A stretch of 64,000 nucleotides of DNA from an uncultured Clostridia bacterium (GCA_945921465.1 CAMEKS010000001.1:2745-66744); one strand, 5' to 3'. Positions 51,238 to 60,607 are shown, numbered from the stretch's first letter. Notes: generated by a model not told the origin, from the letters alone. Numbers and translations: made by a program.

Positions 51238-52365
51238 TTAGTTGCGTTCCATTTCTTCTTTGGAATGGAAGAATGTCGCTATCTGCGGAGCGGTAAACGA
51301 AGCGCTTGATTTTTTTAATTCAGCATTGCTATTGATTCGGTCAATTTGCTCGTGACATCTACCTTCGAATGAACCCATTTTGCCAGAATATTTTAGTAGT
51401 GGAATAACAGTTTCGGAGATTGGATTGAAGCTATCTGCACTGCTAAATACGGGCTCGCTACTAGGTATATTTGCAGCGTTGCGAACAGCAAGTAGTGTCT
51501 GGCCAAAAGTCAACTCTACATCTCTACCTACACTCATTGCATCTGTGTGGTTATATGAATAAGGTTTGAACGCTACTCCCATAGCGTTAGGTAAATGAAT
51601 ATGAGAACCATATACATCTACGCCGTGTTTTAATACTTGACTATTGCTTTTGTCTAAGAAATTCTTGTGTGGTGCTACTGGGTTATAATCACATCGATAT
51701 AATTCTACAGGGATTAATGTGTCTTCGCCAACATCATTGTGACCATTAATAAATGCCTTAAGTGTGGTTGATGCACCAGTAACTGGGTAGTCAACAGTGC
51801 TGCCTGTTATACGGAACTGGCTGCCTGCAATAGGAATAGCGATGGTTTCCTTAAATAATACTAAGTTGCCTTCGACATTACCGGCGAACCAATTGGTATA
51901 ACAATCTAGATATGTATCTGTTTTGCGTACCGTATCGCCATATAGATCGGCTTTTGGAACAGAGTGGAAATATGTAGTTGGGCACAACTTTATTTTGTCG
52001 CACGCCAACATTTTCTCATACTGTAGTTGAGTAAAAGGCATAGGATATACTTGTTTGTCTTCTTTTACATACTTTAGAGTTTGCGGGATGGAATGCATAG
52101 ACATATCGTTACTCAATCCATAACCTTTGGATATTTTTAATCCTAACTTACCGCTTACAAAACTGCTTATTTCATCCAAACATTTTTGTACATGAGTCAA
52201 GCACCAATCTACATATTCTTGCGATCGATTTTGTTTATAATAATTAGTCTTGTTGTTGTCGTTAATTAGGCTTTGGCGAAAAGCGGTTGTGCAAAGTTCA
52301 TTCCATTCTTTTTCGCTTAAATTTTTTTTGGTTAGTGTGGTTATGTCTATTTCTTTTTTAGTCAT
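51238..52365 (-). CDS. Hypothetical protein (375-aa ORFan) downstream of repeat locus B
   Basis: Clean ORF with RBS GAGGG. No motif I recognise, and no RuvC/HNH/RT/recombinase signatures. Confidence 0.6.
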   Translation of the reverse strand: MTKKEIDITTLTKKNLSEKEWNELCTTAFRQSLINDNNKTNYYKQNRSQEYVDWCLTHVQKCLDEISSFVSGKLGLKISKGYGLSNDMSMHSIPQTLKYVKEDKQVYPMPFTQLQYEKMLACDKIKLCPTTYFHSVPKADLYGDTVRKTDTYLDCYTNWFAGNVEGNLVLFKETIAIPIAGSQFRITGSTVDYPVTGASTTLKAFINGHNDVGEDTLIPVELYRCDYNPVAPHKNFLDKSNSQVLKHGVDVYGSHIHLPNAMGVAFKPYSYNHTDAMSVGRDVELTFGQTLLAVRNAANIPSSEPVFSSADSFNPISETVIPLLKYSGKMGSFEGRCHEQIDRINSNAELKKSSASFTAPQIATFFHSKEEMERN

Positions 52366-52547
52366 TCTCGCCCTCGCTTATATATTAGGATTTTATCATA
52401 TTCGCTTACTAATTGCAAGTAGTTATTTTATAATTGAGACGTCAAAAAGACTACTAGTATAATCAATTTTCAATGATTTGTTCGTTATAATAATTCGAAA
52501 TATAAATAAGACTTTTTGAGTTAATACAAATATAAATGCATTATTAA

Positions 52548-52924
52548 CGGTAGTGCATATTGGGCGATAGCCCCATATTGTATAGATAATAAGTATATAT
52601 CATCCAATGCAGCTAGTCGTAGATTGTGCTCGAGGAAATATTATCCAAAGTAGTCGCAAGACACCTTGAGATAATATGACGAAGGAAACAATCTATGTGT
52701 CAGACGACGCTAGTCGGCTGGGATGCACGGTAGTGCATATTGGGCGATAGCCCAATTACACATAGATTATAATATCGGAAGTTAGAGACAAACGTACCCG
52801 ATAGGGTCGCTTGTATATAACTGATGTTAATTCAATCAGGATGCCGCTAGTATTAGCGGTAGGTTGCGATTAGCGAACTGAGTTGCGAACAAAGTGAGCA
52901 AATCTACATCTCATAGATTATAAT
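52548..52924 (-). repeat. Structured modular repeat, locus B (L-X-Y-Z-truncated Y, read on the minus strand)
   Basis: The reverse complement aligns base-for-base with locus D over about 330 nt (L, X, Y, Z and the first half of the second Y). See findings. Confidence 0.9.
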
Positions 52925-52926
52925 TG

Positions 52927-52955
52927 TTGACAAAATGCTAAAATGTTGCTAAATT
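52927..52955 (+). promoter_or_regulatory. Sigma-A type promoter candidate for glnS (TTGACA-17-TAAATT)
   Basis: TTGACA 52927-52932, an exact 17-nt spacer, and TAAATT 52950-52955, 34 nt upstream of the glnS ATG. It starts immediately after repeat locus B. Confidence 0.6.
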
Positions 52956-52988
52956 ATTAACATAATTTTGCAACATTTGCGAGGAAAT

Positions 52989-54659
52989 ATGTGGGATAAT
53001 ATTGTACCAGATAATTTTATAGAAGAAGAGATACTAAAAGATTTGAAATCGGGAAGAGCCAAAGAGGTGATTACTCGTTGTCCGCCAGAGCCAAGTGGCT
53101 ATTGGCATATTGGTCATTGCAAAGCATGGATAATAGATTTTGAGACGGCGAAGAAGTTCGGTGGATATACTAATTTGCGTATGGACGACACCAACCCTAC
53201 CAAAGAGGATGGTGACTTTGCGAACTCTTATGTTAATGACTTAGAATGGCTAGGATATACGCCTAAGAATGTAATCTATGCTAGCGAAGCATATTTTGAA
53301 GATATATATAAAATTGCCGAAGATATGATACGTGACGGCAAAGCATATGTATGTGAATTGTCGGCAGAAGAGGTGTCTCAGACCAGGGGTACATTGTCGG
53401 AGCCTGGTATCGAGAGCCCATATAGGAACCGAAGCGTAGAAGAGAATTTGAAGTTGTTTCACGATATGCGAGATGGCAAGTTTGAAGATGGAAAGGCGAC
53501 ACTTCGTGCCAAGATAGATATGGCTCATCCTAATATGAATATTAGAGACCCTGTGATGTATCGGGTAATGAGAGCAACTCACTACAAGACGGGCGACAAG
53601 TGGTGCATCTATCCTATGTATGATTTTGCTCATCCTATGGAGGATGCTCTTGAGGGTGTGACTTATAGTCTATGCGATATCAGTTTTGAGGATCATAGGC
53701 CTCTATATGACTGGTTTATTGCAAATGGTTGGAAAGGTGAATATCCTCCTAGGCAGATTGAATTTTCTAAACTTAATTTAGAGAATGTTTTACTAGGCAA
53801 GAGATATCTTAAGAAGTTAGTTAACGAAGGCAAGGTAATGGGTTGGGATGACCCAAGATATTTAACAATTGTTGGGATGCGTAGGCGTGGTTATACAGCA
53901 GAGGCAATCAAGGAATTTATTAAGTCTTTGGGTTTGTCGAAATGTGATAGCACCATTCCATTCAATGCTCTAGAATATTATATTCGTGCCGACCTTAATA
54001 TGAAGGCGACTCGTGCAATGGCTGTGCTTGATCCTCTAAAGGTTGTAATAACCAATTATAGTGGAAGCGAAGAAATAGAAATTGCAAATAATCCTAATGT
54101 TGAGAATGCGGGCTCACATACTTCGCGATTCTCTAATACTATATATATTGATGCCGATGATTTCTCACTTAACCCTCCTCCAAAATACAATAGATTGGTG
54201 CGAGGTGGAATGGTTAGATTGAAAGGTGCATACATTATTCGTTGTAATGATGTTGTATACAAAGACGATGGCTCTATTGATCATTTGGTTTGTGAATATT
54301 TACCTAACACCAAGAGTGGAAACGACACTAGCGGAATTAAGGTTAAGGGAACAATACATTTTGTTTCACAAGACAACTGCACCGAAGTCACTATTCGAAA
54401 TTTCAAGAATTTAATCAAAGATGAGTATTTAGACCCAAGCAAAGCGTTGGCAGATGGTGTAGATGTAGATGAACTGCTTACCCCAGACTCGCTAACTGAA
54501 ACAACAGCGTTGGTAGAGAATTATTTGCTAAGTGCTAAACCTGAAGATAAATTTCAATTTATGCGCAAAGGTTATTATACACTAGACAAAGATTCAACTG
54601 CAGATCACTTAATATTTAATAACACTATTTCTCTAAAAGACGGATACAAGCCTCAATAA
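52989..54659 (+). CDS. glnS: Glutamine--tRNA ligase
   Basis: Class I HIGH motif (PEPSGYWHIGHCKA), GlnRS-type catalytic and beta-barrel anticodon-binding domains, and typical length. ATG 52989 follows GAGGAAAT (the track ORF starts at an upstream TTG). Confidence 0.9.
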   Translation: MWDNIVPDNFIEEEILKDLKSGRAKEVITRCPPEPSGYWHIGHCKAWIIDFETAKKFGGYTNLRMDDTNPTKEDGDFANSYVNDLEWLGYTPKNVIYASEAYFEDIYKIAEDMIRDGKAYVCELSAEEVSQTRGTLSEPGIESPYRNRSVEENLKLFHDMRDGKFEDGKATLRAKIDMAHPNMNIRDPVMYRVMRATHYKTGDKWCIYPMYDFAHPMEDALEGVTYSLCDISFEDHRPLYDWFIANGWKGEYPPRQIEFSKLNLENVLLGKRYLKKLVNEGKVMGWDDPRYLTIVGMRRRGYTAEAIKEFIKSLGLSKCDSTIPFNALEYYIRADLNMKATRAMAVLDPLKVVITNYSGSEEIEIANNPNVENAGSHTSRFSNTIYIDADDFSLNPPPKYNRLVRGGMVRLKGAYIIRCNDVVYKDDGSIDHLVCEYLPNTKSGNDTSGIKVKGTIHFVSQDNCTEVTIRNFKNLIKDEYLDPSKALADGVDVDELLTPDSLTETTALVENYLLSAKPEDKFQFMRKGYYTLDKDSTADHLIFNNTISLKDGYKPQ

Positions 54660-54752
54660 CATTTTTGGATAAATATGGCATAGTATGTAGTGTATTGTGT
54701 GCACAGTAACCTGTTATTAGTGGCGAGGTCAAAAACTTGTCAGTTTAGAAAA

Positions 54753-54790
54753 ATATCAGACATAGGCAATTCCTGTGTCTGATATTTTTG
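54753..54790 (+). terminator. Rho-independent terminator after glnS
   Basis: ATATCAGACATAGG-caatt-CCTGTGTCTGATAT followed by a T-run. Confidence 0.8.
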
Positions 54791-54991
54791 TATTAATTGT
54801 GGTTAATTGTATTTTTTAATCTGATTATAATTGATTAGCGAATTATCCGAGATATTGTGAATAAATATTAATTCGTAGAAGATAAATCAAAAGAATTAAA
54901 ATGCTGGTTAGTGGTAAAAAGTATACATTAAGATGTAATTATGACAGTAGATTATGCAGTAAATGGTGGCTTTTTGGCAAATAATCAGCAG

Positions 54992-55207
54992 TTATCCACA
55001 ATTTCACAAGTTTTGTTTATTAATTTTTTTGAATTATTATGCAAAAATTAAAAATTTGAAAAATTTTTGTGAAAAAATGTCGAAAATCACCAAAGTTATC
55101 CACTTATCCACCACTTATCCCCGAGTTATCCACAGCCAATGTTCGTAAAATGTTTTATAACGACGTGTTTTTATGTCACAAAGATGTGTTTTGAATAGTT
55201 ATCCACA
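54992..55207 (+). promoter_or_regulatory. DnaA-box cluster with AT-rich spacer (candidate oriC segment or DnaA-titrating cluster)
   Basis: TTATCCACA at 54992-55000, 55126-55134 and 55199-55207. TTATCCACT 55096-55104, TTATCCACC 55104-55112 and TTATCCCCG 55115-55123. All are on the same strand. 55001-55095 is AT-rich with reiterated GAAAAAT-type motifs. Confidence 0.75.
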
Positions 55208-55223
55208 TAGTTGTACACAAGTT

Positions 55224-56699
55224 TTATGGACATACATATGTTGGGATTGTGTCAAATAAGAAATCCGTACCCATATTTAGTGTGGCAGTTTCGTCATCTA
55301 TTATTGGAATATCTGGGATATTGTCTTCTACGCCTTCGATCACAATACCCGCTTGTGGCTGATATATTTCGTGTCGTATTTCTTTGCGGTCTATTACCTC
55401 ACCATTGCGAGAGGTAATAAGATATGATTTGACATCAAATCCTCCTCTAGGGTAGGTTAATCTATAAGTCTCGCCCTTAAACAAAACCTTGTCTGTATAT
55501 TCCTTATTCACGTCTGGAACTATTCGATCAGGCAGTGGTGATAAGGTGGCTAATGTTTCGCTCTCTGTGCTGTATTCTACGTCTAGTGGGTAAGAGTATA
55601 TCTCTACAGTAACGTCATCTGCAGTGCTGCTGGTTTTGATAAATATTGGGTGCTCAGATGTGTTAGTAAATTTTAGGTCTGAAGCGCCGGATACCATTGC
55701 ATCTAGGGCTAGAGGTACATATCTAACTGGGAGCGTGTGCTTATGAACTTCGTCTATTTGTATGCCAGATAGCAGTAGTGCATTGTATAGGGTGGTGCTG
55801 GCTTGGCACACACCTCCGCCAATTCCGTCAACAAACCTGCCATTTTGTATAATTGTAGCGATTTGATATCCATTATCTAGTGTATGTGGCGAGGTGACTT
55901 CGTTAAAAGAAACTGACTGGTTTGGTTCTATTCTCATTCCGTTAAATTTGGATAGTGCTAATTTTACATTGTTTTTTCTTCCACCAGTACTGTCACCGAC
56001 CGATGTGGAGAATTTGGCGATTCTATTGGTTAATGATTGATTGTATTCTTCACTAATTTTAGGTTCGGCATCTTCTAGCTCTAGTTCAATCAATATGTTA
56101 TTAGTTATAGCAAATTGCTTATTGATATTGCTATACAATTTGTCCCTATTTATTACTTTTCCACTAGCAGAAGGCGTAATCTGCCACATATTTGCCTCTG
56201 TCGGTGAAAATGTAATGGTAGAATCTATGGCAGGTGTCTCTATGGACTGACATATTTCTTCTATCTTTTGGTCTAGACCTTGAAAAATATAGTTAAATGC
56301 AATAGTTGTGGAACCGTCGGAAGTTGAGATTAATCCCATAGACTCTAACTTAGAAGCATAGTCGCTGTTAGAATCAGATAATTCTAATATAGATCTAACA
56401 TCAGGATTGATAGTGTAATCATCTTGGTCTATGATAAATATTTGGTCGCCTTTTTTTAGCGTCAGACTGAAGTTGTTGGCTTTGTCTGCAATGTATGACG
56501 ATACTTTTTCATATGCTTCGGCGCTAGTAATTCCTTTTAGATTAATTCCATTAATTTGGGTGTTGAATTCGCTTGAGTACGTATTGCGAAAAACATTGAG
56601 TTTGCATAGTAATATTATTAATACAACTGCTATAGCAATTATTAGTGTAGTTATAATCATCCAAAATGTTCGTGATTTTTTGCTCTTTGATGTAGACAT
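55224..56699 (-). CDS. VanW-family protein with N-terminal TM anchor
   Basis: TM helix FWMIITTLIIAIAVVLIILL and the VanW core GIGGGVCQASTTLYNALLLSG. Confidence 0.8.
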   Translation of the reverse strand: MSTSKSKKSRTFWMIITTLIIAIAVVLIILLCKLNVFRNTYSSEFNTQINGINLKGITSAEAYEKVSSYIADKANNFSLTLKKGDQIFIIDQDDYTINPDVRSILELSDSNSDYASKLESMGLISTSDGSTTIAFNYIFQGLDQKIEEICQSIETPAIDSTITFSPTEANMWQITPSASGKVINRDKLYSNINKQFAITNNILIELELEDAEPKISEEYNQSLTNRIAKFSTSVGDSTGGRKNNVKLALSKFNGMRIEPNQSVSFNEVTSPHTLDNGYQIATIIQNGRFVDGIGGGVCQASTTLYNALLLSGIQIDEVHKHTLPVRYVPLALDAMVSGASDLKFTNTSEHPIFIKTSSTADDVTVEIYSYPLDVEYSTESETLATLSPLPDRIVPDVNKEYTDKVLFKGETYRLTYPRGGFDVKSYLITSRNGEVIDRKEIRHEIYQPQAGIVIEGVEDNIPDIPIIDDETATLNMGTDFLFDTIPTYVCP

Positions 56700-57089
56700 A
56701 TTGTTAATACCTCGATGTACTTATCTTTTGTTATTATTGTGTATTTTTTTATACAAATTATGCAAAGGATGCGAGTAATAATAGTGTAATAGTTATATTA
56801 CATATTTTATATAAAATTGTTTTTACAGTAGTTATTAGTCCATTATATGACAATTGTAGATTTTGGGTGGTTTATAATATTTAGATTAATTTAGCAAAAC
56901 ACAACAAAAGCAATATATAGAATAGGTGTCAATATTTAGGATGTATATCTATATGCAAAAGAGTAGTATTACTGATACGATCTATAAACTTTTAATTCCT
57001 TTCTGATATAAAATAAGATTAAGAATCCTAGTTATAATTGTAGCAACATAATACTAGACTATATAAGTTATCAAGAGAATAAATGTACT

Positions 57090-57323
57090 TTATTTATTAT
57101 TGCCTTGCTTCTCAATCATAGACTTAAGCACTTCACGCTTAGCGTCTTCTTTTATTAACCTTATTATCCCTACGAATAGCGAAATGTAGTCCTGCTCGGT
57201 TATGGCGGGTGCAGATGGAAAAGTAAGAATAGATTTGTTTATGGGGCGGAATCTATATATAATATTATTACCTGTATTTGGTGAATTATGATTTCTAAGT
57301 TTGTTGGTTTTGAATAATTTCAT
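57090..57323 (-). CDS. Small hypothetical protein (77 aa)
   Basis: Isolated ORF in a 1.2-kb AT-rich intergenic stretch. Weak RBS and no motif. Coding status uncertain. Confidence 0.3.
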   Translation of the reverse strand: MKLFKTNKLRNHNSPNTGNNIIYRFRPINKSILTFPSAPAITEQDYISLFVGIIRLIKEDAKREVLKSMIEKQGNNK

Positions 57324-57896
57324 TTTTACCTGCTTTGTAATAATTTATTAATTTAAGTTATAGTTAATTTGATGCATAGTAGTTTTGCGATAATTCAACT
57401 GAGGCGCAAATGACAGCCAAGCAAATCAAAAGAATATAGTGTGTCATACAATAATATTTGGTGTTGACCATACCGGATTGTAGTTTTTTTAGATTTTAAT
57501 ATCGTAAGCTATATACCAATGCGGACAATATGTCATTTGTATAAAAACTGATAATTTGATTTAATTAAATAATTATTGATAATCTAAAAAAATATGTGAC
57601 ATTATCTTTATTTATTAATAACACGCAATAATTGTTGGCCGATTACTTTAATTTAATACCAAACCAATTTGACAAAAAGATATAGATTGTGTCGAATAAG
57701 TAGTCCTATATTATTAGTTATTAGCATAATAATATAATAGTTGAGCGTGCTTGCTTGATTATAATTGTAACATTTAAGAATAATTAGATGTGTTGGTTGT
57801 TAACCAAATTATAATCAATTGGCATAATAAAATTATTAAGTTTACGCACCAATAGTATAAACTCAGCATTAATTAAAGAAAAGTAAGGAGAAAAAT

Positions 57897-58835
57897 ATGA
57901 AATCAATTTGCCACTTTGTGTCTACAATAGAATATGACTTGTTGATTAATGGCGAATATATAGCTAGAGGGAAAGAAGACAGTATAGATGTGGTAATAAC
58001 CAGTGCCGAAGTGAGTGTAATGTGTGTGCCTCTTGCGACAGGGTATGGGATAGTATCTGCCAAGGTGCAGAATATCAAAAACTCTATTCTAGTCAATAGC
58101 AATGATATATCAGTTGTTCCTATGGGTAGAGGACACTGGCAGATAGAGATCAATTTTCGAAAAACATATGTGGACGCGGATTGTGATATTATTGCTACAT
58201 CAATATCCGGCAAAAACAATATTTGTATATATAACAATCCTATGGGTGTAATTGATATTTCAACTGGTTCTCTTCTTAGATTAAGAAAGAATTGTGACAA
58301 AATAGTCGCTGCCGAAATTGACATTGTGTCTGGGTGCAATGTAATAAAGTGTCAACTTATTGACAACAAGTATTATATTATTGTCATAGATGACAAATGT
58401 AAAATACTTTTTGATACTATATGTAATAGTTATGAAACTAATGAAAATAAGTGTAAAACTATTGCAGAAGTATGTGATATAGCAGGCCATGGAGTTGTCA
58501 AAACATTTGATATGACAGACAAAACTATAGATTGTTATGCCGTGTATACTGGAGAAGTAAGATATGCCAGTAGTGATAGATTAGTGCCTATGGCTATGCT
58601 GCAGAGTCTAATGGTCGGTGATAATAAATTAGCAAAATCATATTTGTGTGCAGAAATGCAAAGTATAAGTGATGATAAATTGCAACAATATTTTGGCAAA
58701 TTTGATAGAGTAGTTTATAACAGATATATTGCTGATGGCACAATTAATTATACGGTATGTGGGGAGGATTATCGTAATTACGATTTTGTAATTAAGAATG
58801 GAAGAATAGATGATATAGTAGAGGTTGTAGGATAA
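57897..58835 (+). CDS. Hypothetical protein (312-aa, Cys-rich ORFan)
   Basis: Strong RBS AAGGAG. No signal peptide and no motif I recognise. Confidence 0.6.
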   Translation: MKSICHFVSTIEYDLLINGEYIARGKEDSIDVVITSAEVSVMCVPLATGYGIVSAKVQNIKNSILVNSNDISVVPMGRGHWQIEINFRKTYVDADCDIIATSISGKNNICIYNNPMGVIDISTGSLLRLRKNCDKIVAAEIDIVSGCNVIKCQLIDNKYYIIVIDDKCKILFDTICNSYETNENKCKTIAEVCDIAGHGVVKTFDMTDKTIDCYAVYTGEVRYASSDRLVPMAMLQSLMVGDNKLAKSYLCAEMQSISDDKLQQYFGKFDRVVYNRYIADGTINYTVCGEDYRNYDFVIKNGRIDDIVEVVG

Positions 58836-59005
58836 AGTATAAATAAAATGCATATACAAGCATAGAAATACTTTGATAAAATCAATGACTTGTAGTAAAA
58901 TAAACATAGGCGATGTTGTTTTGCAATTATTAATATTTAAGTAATATTTATTCAATGCTTGTTGCAACTGTGACATCGCAAGTTGGTCTATCTATAGTTA
59001 AGTAT

Positions 59006-59155
59006 GTATAATATCTGAAGTTAGAGACAAACATACCCTAAGGGATCGCTTATATATAACTGATGTTAATTCAATTGGGATGCCGCAATCATTTGCTGAG
59101 GGTTGTGACAGAGACCACAGAGGCGAGCGAAAACGTAAGAAAATCTACATTGCAT
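59006..59155 (-). repeat. Structured modular repeat, locus C (L-X only, read on the minus strand)
   Basis: The plus strand reads ...CTGAAGTTAGAGACAAACATACCCTAAGGGATCGCTTATATATAACTGATGTTAATTCAATTGGGATGCCGC..., homologous to the X and L modules of locus B. The L part is the most diverged copy. Confidence 0.8.
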
Positions 59156-59214
59156 AAATTAAATTATAGATTTAATTGATAATAACTATAGATTTTTAAC
59201 TACAAGGGGAAGAA

Positions 59215-59898
59215 ATGTTATATATTATATTAGGGGTAATAATCTTATACTGCATAATTTTTGTGGTATCTATATTTAATTCTAATGATACACTCCAAAA
59301 ATTATATGCTAAGTATGTGAATATTCCCAATAACAAAAATTGGCAAGGAATGAATGTGGCTTTTGACGCCAGAAGATATTTTGGATTAGATGTAAAAGTG
59401 GCTATGCGCAAAGGAATAATGACTGATGCGTATAGCATTAAGGATAGAATAATAATCATTAGCGAGGATGTCTGTTATAACAATTCGATTGCGGCAGCGG
59501 CCATTGTGGCACACGAGGTCGGACACGCTGTACAGCACAAGAATAAATCCTTATTATTAGGACTTGTTAGATTTACCACTAAGTTTTGCGATATATTTTG
59601 TCGATTTGTTTTGCCTTTGTTATTGGCTGGTGCAATATTGCGACTAGCCGAAATTAATGTGGAGGTTGGCAATATATTATTAATAATTGCATTATCTCTA
59701 TGTGGGTTGAATATTATAGACAACTTCTTAAATATTCCATTAGAGAGTGGTGCTAGTAGAATAGGTTTTCGCTATCTAAAAGATAATAAAATTATATCTA
59801 AAAAAGATTATGGCAAAGTTAAGAGATTATTGAGTGTAGCAAGTAAAACATATATGGCACATTGGCTAAGAACATTGTTGCCAATTAGGAGGAAGTGA
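59215..59898 (+). CDS. Membrane zinc metallopeptidase (YugP-like family), paralog 1
   Basis: HEVGHAVQH zinc motif flanked by TM helices. RBS AAGGGGAAG. Confidence 0.8.
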   Translation: MLYIILGVIILYCIIFVVSIFNSNDTLQKLYAKYVNIPNNKNWQGMNVAFDARRYFGLDVKVAMRKGIMTDAYSIKDRIIIISEDVCYNNSIAAAAIVAHEVGHAVQHKNKSLLLGLVRFTTKFCDIFCRFVLPLLLAGAILRLAEINVEVGNILLIIALSLCGLNIIDNFLNIPLESGASRIGFRYLKDNKIISKKDYGKVKRLLSVASKTYMAHWLRTLLPIRRK

Positions 59899-59899
59899 T

Positions 59900-60607
59900 A
59901 TGATAGAATACTATGCAGCGTTGGTTGTATTTGTGCTTGCGTTGATTATAGGAACGTATGCCAATATCAAGGTTAGTACATGTTATAACAAATATTCTAA
60001 GGATGTGGCACAATCGGGGATTGTCGCTAGTGTGTTGGCAAGGCAATTGCTAGATGCATCGAATTTGAATGATATAAAAATTGCGAGAGTGTCTGGCAAT
60101 ATGACAGACTACTACGACCCACGCAAGAAAGTAATTGCGTTATCTGAGGGCGTATATGATAGTGGCTCAATTGCTGCACTTGGCATAACCGCACACGAGT
60201 TTGGGCATGCTTTGCAATACAAAGACGGCAATGCCCTTGTGAAATTAAGGAATATTCTCGTACCAATTTCTAATTTGATGTCTACGTTGGTTTGGCCAAT
60301 GCTAATAATTGGTGTATTACTAGATTTTGTATGGTTCTCTGAATCAACAATTGGACTTATTTTCATAATGGTGGCTGTAGGGGCATTTGCATTAAGTACA
60401 TTACTTAGTCTGATTACTCTGCCAATAGAGAGAGATGCCAGTAGGCGAGCGGTTAGGGTGTTGGAGCAAACGGGTACATTGACCGAAGAAGAGCTGGTTG
60501 GTGCCAAAGCGATACTAAGTGCCGCAGGTCTAACATATGTGGCGGGGCTGTTGTCGTCGGTTGCAAACTTGCTAAGGATATTGGCAATATTTGGCAGAAA
60601 CAAATAG
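59900..60607 (+). CDS. Membrane zinc metallopeptidase (YugP-like family), paralog 2
   Basis: HEFGHALQY zinc motif with the same architecture as the upstream paralog. RBS AGGAGG. The ATG lies 1 nt after the upstream stop. Confidence 0.8.
   Translation: MIEYYAALVVFVLALIIGTYANIKVSTCYNKYSKDVAQSGIVASVLARQLLDASNLNDIKIARVSGNMTDYYDPRKKVIALSEGVYDSGSIAALGITAHEFGHALQYKDGNALVKLRNILVPISNLMSTLVWPMLIIGVLLDFVWFSESTIGLIFIMVAVGAFALSTLLSLITLPIERDASRRAVRVLEQTGTLTEEELVGAKAILSAAGLTYVAGLLSSVANLLRILAIFGRNK

Noticed and set aside
52548-52988. T-box riboswitch or other aminoacyl-tRNA-synthetase leader upstream of glnS.
   Set aside because: No T-box consensus (the GGGTGGTACCGCG-type sequence), specifier loop or terminator/antiterminator pair is visible. 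A good promoter lies between the structured element and the glnS ATG, and the same element occurs at loci unrelated to synthetases.
54963-55148. 61-aa track ORF in the glnS/vanW spacer.
   Set aside because: It is made of the DnaA boxes and the AT-rich spacer (the repeated peptide motif simply translates TTATCCAC). It has no RBS, so I interpret it as non-coding.
54992-55207. Calling this region oriC outright.
   Set aside because: dnaA and dnaN are not in the window. The site lies between convergent genes, there is no switch in gene-strand bias around it, and I cannot compute GC skew here. It is reported as a DnaA-box cluster of undetermined role.
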